Shown here: one piece after another, positions 58,993-64,000 of the stretch | Numbering within the stretch: position 1 is the stretch's first letter | Layout: every line of letters starts with the position of its first letter | Source of the DNA: Candidatus Omnitrophota bacterium | Lineage (GTDB): Bacteria > Omnitrophota > Gorgyraeia > 2-01-FULL-45-10 | Length of the DNA: 64,000 bases | Direction of reading: 5' to 3' | Assembly (NCBI GenBank): GCA_028699255.1 | Contig: JAQVUX010000001.1 | Span: 124,787 to 188,786, forward strand | Program-made: the position numbers and the translations under genes | The notes under the pieces: model-generated | Databases searched by the model: none | What the model saw: only the letters and a program-made list of their open reading frames with translations | Told to the model about the DNA's origin: nothing

Positions 58993-60620
58993 AAAACCAC
59001 CATCCTTTTCATTCCATACGATGCAAAAAACCTGTTCAGCGTCGAAGCATCCCAAATGGATATCTTAAGTTCCTTCGCCAAAAGCTTAGCGTTTTCGTCT
59101 ATACCGGCGAGCGCTATGAGCACTCTATTGGCTACTTTGTACCCGGAAGTCTTAACACTCTTCAGATAGCTCACAACGTCATTCTCGTTAACAGCGTGTT
59201 CATAAACTTCAACCATCCAATAATTTCCGCGGAAAGATGCGGCTATCATACCGTTCCCGTCGGGTAACGGCTTTACCTCGACCTTGGTAAAGTGCGGCAG
59301 GCGCATATTCCGCGACTCGATGGAAATAAGTTCATCGCCAAACAAATTGAAAAGTTCCGCGATCCTTGCGGTGGCGCTCTTTTCACATTCCCGGTTATAA
59401 CCGGATATATACGCCAGAATATCGCTTAAAAAAAGTTTTGCCTTGTCGAAAGTCCCGTCTATAAGCAGGTCCCGCCTCCGCTGATATACGGATTTCAGCC
59501 AGAAGGCCAGCAGGACGTCTTCTATCTCGTAAAAGATTCCGTTCTTTACCAGTATGCCGAGTTCCACCAGGCGTGATAACGCCTTAGACACATCTCCGTG
59601 CTTCGACTTCAGCCCGCGCGCTATCTCAGACTGTGTATTACCGCCCTCCGCTATGGATATGAGTACAGCCAGATAATTTTCCCTGGATTTCGTATCGAAA
59701 ATGCTTAAGGTGAAATTCATAAGGTATTGGTGGATAACGCCGTTCGCGTTATAAACCGTATCCAGTATTGCCTTCGCTATTATCTCATCATCTATAAACG
59801 TCGATGGCTGTTCGAGGGCGATCTCTTTGGCGCGCTGTGCTATCCTGCCCAGATAGAAAGGATTTCCGCCGGTGAACATTATAAGAAACTTTTTTAAAAA
59901 TACTGTCGTCTCTAAGGCCGCAAAACGCATATCTATAAAACGCTCGGATGTTTTGTTATCAAAGTTCGCGACCTTTACTATTTCGAAATTACCGAACAGA
60001 AGCGATAGCTTTTCGGAAATTATTTTTTTTATTGCCTCATTACGTGAGCTGGACACGATATACATCGTATCCTTCTGCACCATTATCACCTTGCCAAAAC
60101 TTAAGAAAGGGTTCTTTATACCAAGGTGCTCGAGGTTGTCGAACTCGTCAAGGATCACGACGCAGGAGAATCCGGTCTCTTCTTTTAGCACCGAGGTCAA
60201 CCCTAAGAGCCCTACATACGCCTCATCCAGATCGTTCCTGTCGATCGCCGCGTTGATCTGTTTGGTTATCTGGAATGTCTTGGGGAGGGATTTCTGGGCG
60301 AGCTCAAGGAGTAGCGGCATCTCGGCCTCGACAGCCTCCCCCTTCTTCTTAAGCGCGTTGTAAAGCACTGTCGCTATAAGCTTATTGGCGAACGCCCGGA
60401 ACGGCTCCCTTACCACTTCAATATATACGGGTATAAACCCTTCGGTATTTACCGTATGGAGAAAATGCAGGATGATCGAGGATTTACCTGACAGGCTCTG
60501 CCCGGTGAGAGCTACGTTCTGCCGGTAGCCGTCTTTCAGCGCGGAAACGCGCTTATTCAAAAGCTCCAACACCTCCCGCCGTCCAAAAAACTTATCCCCT
60601 GTAACCGGTTCTGAAAACAT
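58989..60620 (-). CDS. ATP-binding protein (archaeal-ATPase/DUF234-type AAA+)
   Basis: TGQSLSGKSS Walker A and DEFD Walker B. 543 aa. Confidence 0.6.
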   Translation of the reverse strand: MFSEPVTGDKFFGRREVLELLNKRVSALKDGYRQNVALTGQSLSGKSSIILHFLHTVNTEGFIPVYIEVVREPFRAFANKLIATVLYNALKKKGEAVEAEMPLLLELAQKSLPKTFQITKQINAAIDRNDLDEAYVGLLGLTSVLKEETGFSCVVILDEFDNLEHLGIKNPFLSFGKVIMVQKDTMYIVSSSRNEAIKKIISEKLSLLFGNFEIVKVANFDNKTSERFIDMRFAALETTVFLKKFLIMFTGGNPFYLGRIAQRAKEIALEQPSTFIDDEIIAKAILDTVYNANGVIHQYLMNFTLSIFDTKSRENYLAVLISIAEGGNTQSEIARGLKSKHGDVSKALSRLVELGILVKNGIFYEIEDVLLAFWLKSVYQRRRDLLIDGTFDKAKLFLSDILAYISGYNRECEKSATARIAELFNLFGDELISIESRNMRLPHFTKVEVKPLPDGNGMIAASFRGNYWMVEVYEHAVNENDVVSYLKSVKTSGYKVANRVLIALAGIDENAKLLAKELKISIWDASTLNRFFASYGMKRMVVL

Positions 60621-60632
60621 AATAGCCTCTTT

Positions 60633-61373
60633 TTAATGCGGCAGGTAATAAAATGGATTTTGCGGCTCGCCATCCCTTCGTATCTCGAAGTGGAGCATCG
60701 CGCCTTTTGCCCTGCCCGTATTACCGACTTTTGCTATCACCATGTTTTGAGCTACCTGATCCCCTATCTTTACGAGGATATCTGAATTGTACGCATATAC
60801 CGTCTGATAACCATCTCCGTGATCGAGTATAACCGTCTTGCCTAACCCTTTAAGGAATTGGTCGCAATACACGACCCTTCCCGATCTCGAGGCCCTGACG
60901 CCCGCGCCTTGAGGAGCTTTTATATCAACGCCTTTACTGGTAACGCTATCCACTGTCGCACCGAATGAAGTTGCCAATGCGCCGCGTAAGGGCCATATAA
61001 AAGATTGCCCCGGAACAGCGTAGTTGGACACCTCTACCGGAGATATAGTCTGCGAGCGAGGTATCAGAAGAACCTGACCGCTCTCGATCGTGCCGGTATA
61101 CAATACGGAATTAACCCTGATAAGCGCCTGCAGATCCACGCCGTAATTTCGCGAAATACTCCAGAGTGTCTCGCCGCGGCGGACAGTATGATATAACGCG
61201 CCGGGTATCTGCGCCTTCTTCTCAATAATCTTTTCCTTCTTCGGCGCCGTCGCGCATCCGGCAACGGTAAGAGCCAGGAGAAGTATGAGGGCGAAACTTG
61301 CGACGGATTTTTTCGAAAGCTCGTGAGTATGCTTCGATTTTTCGGAGAAAAATCGAAGCGTCTCAAACCCCAG
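60633..61373 (-). CDS. LysM + M23 peptidase lipoprotein (start codon unresolved)
   Basis: Lipobox LTVAGC, a LysM domain and an HxxxD...HFE M23 core. The only in-frame ATG lies inside tRNA-Gly, and no ATG/GTG/TTG exists downstream of the tRNA. The 5' end given is the nearest CTG. Confidence 0.6.
   Translation of the reverse strand: MGFETLRFFSEKSKHTHELSKKSVASFALILLLALTVAGCATAPKKEKIIEKKAQIPGALYHTVRRGETLWSISRNYGVDLQALIRVNSVLYTGTIESGQVLLIPRSQTISPVEVSNYAVPGQSFIWPLRGALATSFGATVDSVTSKGVDIKAPQGAGVRASRSGRVVYCDQFLKGLGKTVILDHGDGYQTVYAYNSDILVKIGDQVAQNMVIAKVGNTGRAKGAMLHFEIRRDGEPQNPFYYLPH
61331..61359. repeat. perfect 12-bp inverted repeat (gcttcgattttt-cggag-aaaaatcgaagc) just downstream of tRNA-Gly
   Basis: Read from the sequence. 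It lies in the nominal 5' part of the M23 ORF. Confidence 0.55.
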
Positions 61374-61406
61374 GACCTGGAAATCTTCGTAGAAAGATTT
61401 CCAGAG

Positions 61407-61480
61407 TGGAGCGAGCGAGGGGAATCGAACCCCCGTAGCCAGCTTGGGAAGCTGGTATTCTACCATTGAACTACGCTCGC
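61407..61480 (-). tRNA. tRNA-Gly (anticodon CCC) with an encoded CCA
   Basis: 74 nt. 7-bp acceptor stem GCGAGCG/CGCTCGC, D-loop AGTTCAATGGTAGAAT, anticodon loop TTCCCAA, T-loop GGTTCGATTCC. Confidence 0.9.
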
Positions 61481-61509
61481 GATTTGATGCCATCTCACTC
61501 TTTCAAATC

Positions 61510-61547
61510 GTCCCGCCAATATTTTAATTGGGCGGGACAATTTTTTT
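61510..61547. terminator. stem-loop (gtcccgcc-13 nt-ggcgggac) with T7 on the plus side and a weaker U tract on the minus side
   Basis: It lies between the PfkB kinase stop and tRNA-Gly. The pfkB stop codon is embedded in the T tract. Confidence 0.5.
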
Positions 61548-62445
61548 AAAATTTCGTTATCTCTTTAAAATGTTTGTACCGCAGATTGATCTCATCGGTA
61601 GATATCTCGAGCATCCTGTCGACCGAGAACCCCTCGACCACGAATGACGCGAGAATACTGCCGTATATTATACTCTTTCTTACACTCGCCTCATTCACTT
61701 TTCCGACCTTACTCAAATACCCTATCATGCCCCCGGCAAATGTATCTCCAGCGCCGGTCGGATCGTAAACTGTCTCCAAAAGATACGCGGGCGCTATAAA
61801 ATGCGAATCTTTCGAAAAATATATAACCCCGTGTTCACCTTTCTTTATTATTACCGCTTTTGGACCGAAATCCACGATAAGGCGCGCCGCCCTCATAAGG
61901 TTCGGCTCGCCGGTAAATTGCCGCGCCTCGGAATCGTTCAAAAGCAATATGTCCACTTTATCGAGAAGCTTTTCGAATTCTTTCTTCTTATGCTCCAGCC
62001 AGTAGTTCATCGAATCGCACGCCACGAGCTTCGGATGGTCCATCTGTTTTAATACGTTGTATTGCAATTCGGGATCGATATTGGCCAGGAATACGAATTC
62101 GGATTTACGAAGCGCGCGCGGCACATCAGGCTTAAAGTCCTTGAATACATTTAAATGTGTGCTCACCGTGTGCGCGGTGTTAAGATCGTAGTCATACCAG
62201 CCCTTCCACCTGAATGTCTTGCCGCGCGCCACATGCAGGCCATCTGTACCAATGCCTTTATTTTTGAAAAGGTTTATGTATTTCTTCGGGAAATCTTCGC
62301 CCACGGTCGCCACGATGTTTACTTTATTAAAAAACGATGCCGCCATCGAAAAATACGTCGCCGATCCGCCGAGAGCTTCTTCGCGCTTGCCAAACGGCGT
62401 CTTCACCGAATCTATCGCTACCGAACCTACCACAAGTATGCTCAT
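61546..62445 (-). CDS. PfkB-family carbohydrate/nucleoside kinase
   Basis: N-terminal GG pair and C-terminal DPTGAGDTF motif. 299 aa. Confidence 0.8.
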   Translation of the reverse strand: MSILVVGSVAIDSVKTPFGKREEALGGSATYFSMAASFFNKVNIVATVGEDFPKKYINLFKNKGIGTDGLHVARGKTFRWKGWYDYDLNTAHTVSTHLNVFKDFKPDVPRALRKSEFVFLANIDPELQYNVLKQMDHPKLVACDSMNYWLEHKKKEFEKLLDKVDILLLNDSEARQFTGEPNLMRAARLIVDFGPKAVIIKKGEHGVIYFSKDSHFIAPAYLLETVYDPTGAGDTFAGGMIGYLSKVGKVNEASVRKSIIYGSILASFVVEGFSVDRMLEISTDEINLRYKHFKEITKF

Positions 62446-63749
62446 TTATGATTTACTCCCGCGCATTCACGTTTTAACGCTTTTTCCGAGATCTTTATCG
62501 AACAATATTCGCCGCACATCGTGCAGACGTCCTTTACGCCGGGTTTCGACGTGGCGCGATACGCCCGGGGACGAACTTTGTCGATGGCAAACGCAAACTG
62601 CTTTTCCCAATTCCGCTCTCTTCTTGCCTTCGATATCGCGTTATCCTGCGCGAAGGCGCCCTTCACGCCCTTGGCGATGTCTCCGGCATGAGCCGCTATC
62701 TTTGAAGCGATAACACCTTCTCTGACATCCTCAATCGACGGAAGTCTCAAATGTTCCGACGGCGTGACGTAACACAGGAAATCCGCGCCCTTACTCGAGG
62801 CTATCGCACCGCCTATCGCCGCGGTAATGTGGTCATAGCCCGGGGCTGTATCCGTTACAAGCGGACCCAGCACATAGAACGGCGCTCCGTTACAGATCGA
62901 CTTCTCCAGCATTACATTGGCCTCGATCTGGTTTATCGGAACGTGCCCCGGCCCTTCTATCATGACTTGAACACCTTTCGCAAGCGCCCTCTTCTGCAGT
63001 TCTCCCAGCGTAATTAATTCCATGATCTGCGGAGAGTCGGTAGCGTCAGCAATAGCTCCGGGCCGCAAACCGTCGCCCAGCGAAAGCGTAACATCGTATC
63101 GCCTGGCTATATCGATAACCTCGTCGAAGCGTTCATAGAAGGGGTTCTCCCTGTCGTTTTCCAATATCCATTCCGCGAGAAACGCGCCGCCACGACTTAC
63201 AATGTCGAGTACCCTCGGACTGTTTTTAAGCGTTTTTAACACGCTTGAAGTAACGCCTGCGTGTATTGTAAAGAAATCTACGCCTTCTTTTGCTTGAGCC
63301 TCCAGCACACCGAGCATGTAGTCGGCAGGAATATTTCTGATAGATCCATAATCTTTTAATCCTGATATAACCATCTGGTATATAGGCACCGTCCCGACCG
63401 GCACCGAACACGCGGCTAAAATTTTCTGACGTGTTTTGGTTATCATAGGACCGGTCGAAAGGTCCATGATAGCATCCGCGCCGGCCGCTATAGCGGCTTC
63501 CATTTTTTTAAGTTCGCAGGATATTCCGGAAGAGTCCTTTGAAGTGCCGATATTGGCATTGATCTTGGTCTTCAAGCCCTTGCCGATAGCGCAAGGCTTC
63601 AATATATCGCGAAGACGATTCTTCGGAAGGACTATCGTGCCGCCTTCAAGACCTTTTCGTATAATTTCCGGGCTGACGGATTCATCGCGGGCCGTTATCT
63701 TCATTTCCGGTGAGAGCTTGCCCGATCTCGCTATATCTATCTGTGTCAT
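62442..63749 (-). CDS. thiC: phosphomethylpyrimidine synthase
   Basis: 435 aa. ThiC-specific C-terminal CTMCGEYCS cluster. Confidence 0.95.
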   Translation of the reverse strand: MTQIDIARSGKLSPEMKITARDESVSPEIIRKGLEGGTIVLPKNRLRDILKPCAIGKGLKTKINANIGTSKDSSGISCELKKMEAAIAAGADAIMDLSTGPMITKTRQKILAACSVPVGTVPIYQMVISGLKDYGSIRNIPADYMLGVLEAQAKEGVDFFTIHAGVTSSVLKTLKNSPRVLDIVSRGGAFLAEWILENDRENPFYERFDEVIDIARRYDVTLSLGDGLRPGAIADATDSPQIMELITLGELQKRALAKGVQVMIEGPGHVPINQIEANVMLEKSICNGAPFYVLGPLVTDTAPGYDHITAAIGGAIASSKGADFLCYVTPSEHLRLPSIEDVREGVIASKIAAHAGDIAKGVKGAFAQDNAISKARRERNWEKQFAFAIDKVRPRAYRATSKPGVKDVCTMCGEYCSIKISEKALKRECAGVNHK

Positions 63750-63750
63750 T

Positions 63751-64000
63751 CTACAACCGCTTCCTTTTTAATTGCTTCAAAACATTCTTTTCTATCGCGT
63801 AAACCTTAAATCTTAGGCCGCAAAACCGCGATGACGCGCCTGCATCTATAAGCTTAAAAAACTCTTCCAGCACCCGCAAGCTCTCCTTCACGCGCTCGAT
63901 GTTCGCCGCGAATATATCAGCCGCCCCGGATCGCTTCATCTCCGTAGAGTGGCGCGAGCACCTCAGCACATCGCTATCCGAATCACGCGACGCCGCCAAC
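63751..64000 (-). CDS. C-terminal fragment of an upstream ORF; the gene continues beyond the window
   Basis: Open frame to the window edge, with its stop 1 nt before the thiC start. Confidence 0.35.
   Translation of the reverse strand, partial: LAASRDSDSDVLRCSRHSTEMKRSGAADIFAANIERVKESLRVLEEFFKLIDAGASSRFCGLRFKVYAIEKNVLKQLKRKRL

Noticed and set aside
61407-61546. tRNA-Gly as a possible integration site for a mobile element
   Set aside because: There is no integrase, recombinase, direct-repeat copy of the tRNA 3' end or atypical-composition block on either side. The flanking genes are housekeeping.
63749-64000. TPP riboswitch expected upstream of thiC
   Set aside because: The upstream ORF stop is 1 nt from the thiC start, so there is no room here. 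Any riboswitch would be upstream of the operon, outside the window.

Overview
This is a 64 kb, gene-dense bacterial chromosomal window, roughly 50% GC by eye. About 75 ORFs are present and all but four lie on the minus strand. I found no integrase, transposase, CRISPR array, rRNA or prophage signature. One tRNA, tRNA-Gly(CCC), is present.

Main contents:
(1) A co-oriented energy-conservation supercluster. It contains an H+/Na+-translocating pyrophosphatase (hppA) and an 11-subunit group-4 [NiFe]-hydrogenase/Mrp-antiporter-like complex with its maturation endopeptidase. A complete F1Fo ATP synthase operon (atpZ-I-B-E-F-H-A-G-D-C) follows. A phosphofructokinase gene (pfkA) and three radical SAM genes lie at the left end.
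(2) A nitrogen-assimilation operon-like array: radical SAM, GAF-ANTAR regulator, nadE, glnN (glutamine synthetase type III) and an APC permease.
(3) A c-di-GMP-related accessory region with six PilZ-domain ORFs, one of them fused to a STAS domain. It also contains a TIGR04073-like exosortase-associated small protein, a divergent ExeA-like AAA ATPase with a GspB-like partner, and an HD-GYP phosphodiesterase carrying a Cys/His-rich N-terminus.
(4) A string of housekeeping and nucleotide-metabolism genes: aroB, a UvrD-helicase fused to a PD-(D/E)xK nuclease, dGTPase, a HIT protein, a divergent ThyA-family protein, a DUF234 ATPase, an M23 peptidase, tRNA-Gly, a PfkB kinase and thiC.

Notable oddities:
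- A HisKA-only 'kinase' with no ATPase domain.
- A terminator-like hairpin followed by a U7 tract inside the cold-shock gene leader.
- A near-consensus promoter that would make the exeA-like mRNA leaderless.
- Two small unlisted membrane ORFs.
- Long perfect palindromes.
- An M23 peptidase whose only ATG start lies inside a same-strand tRNA.

All protein family assignments come from recognising motifs by eye in the translations. None were verified by search.
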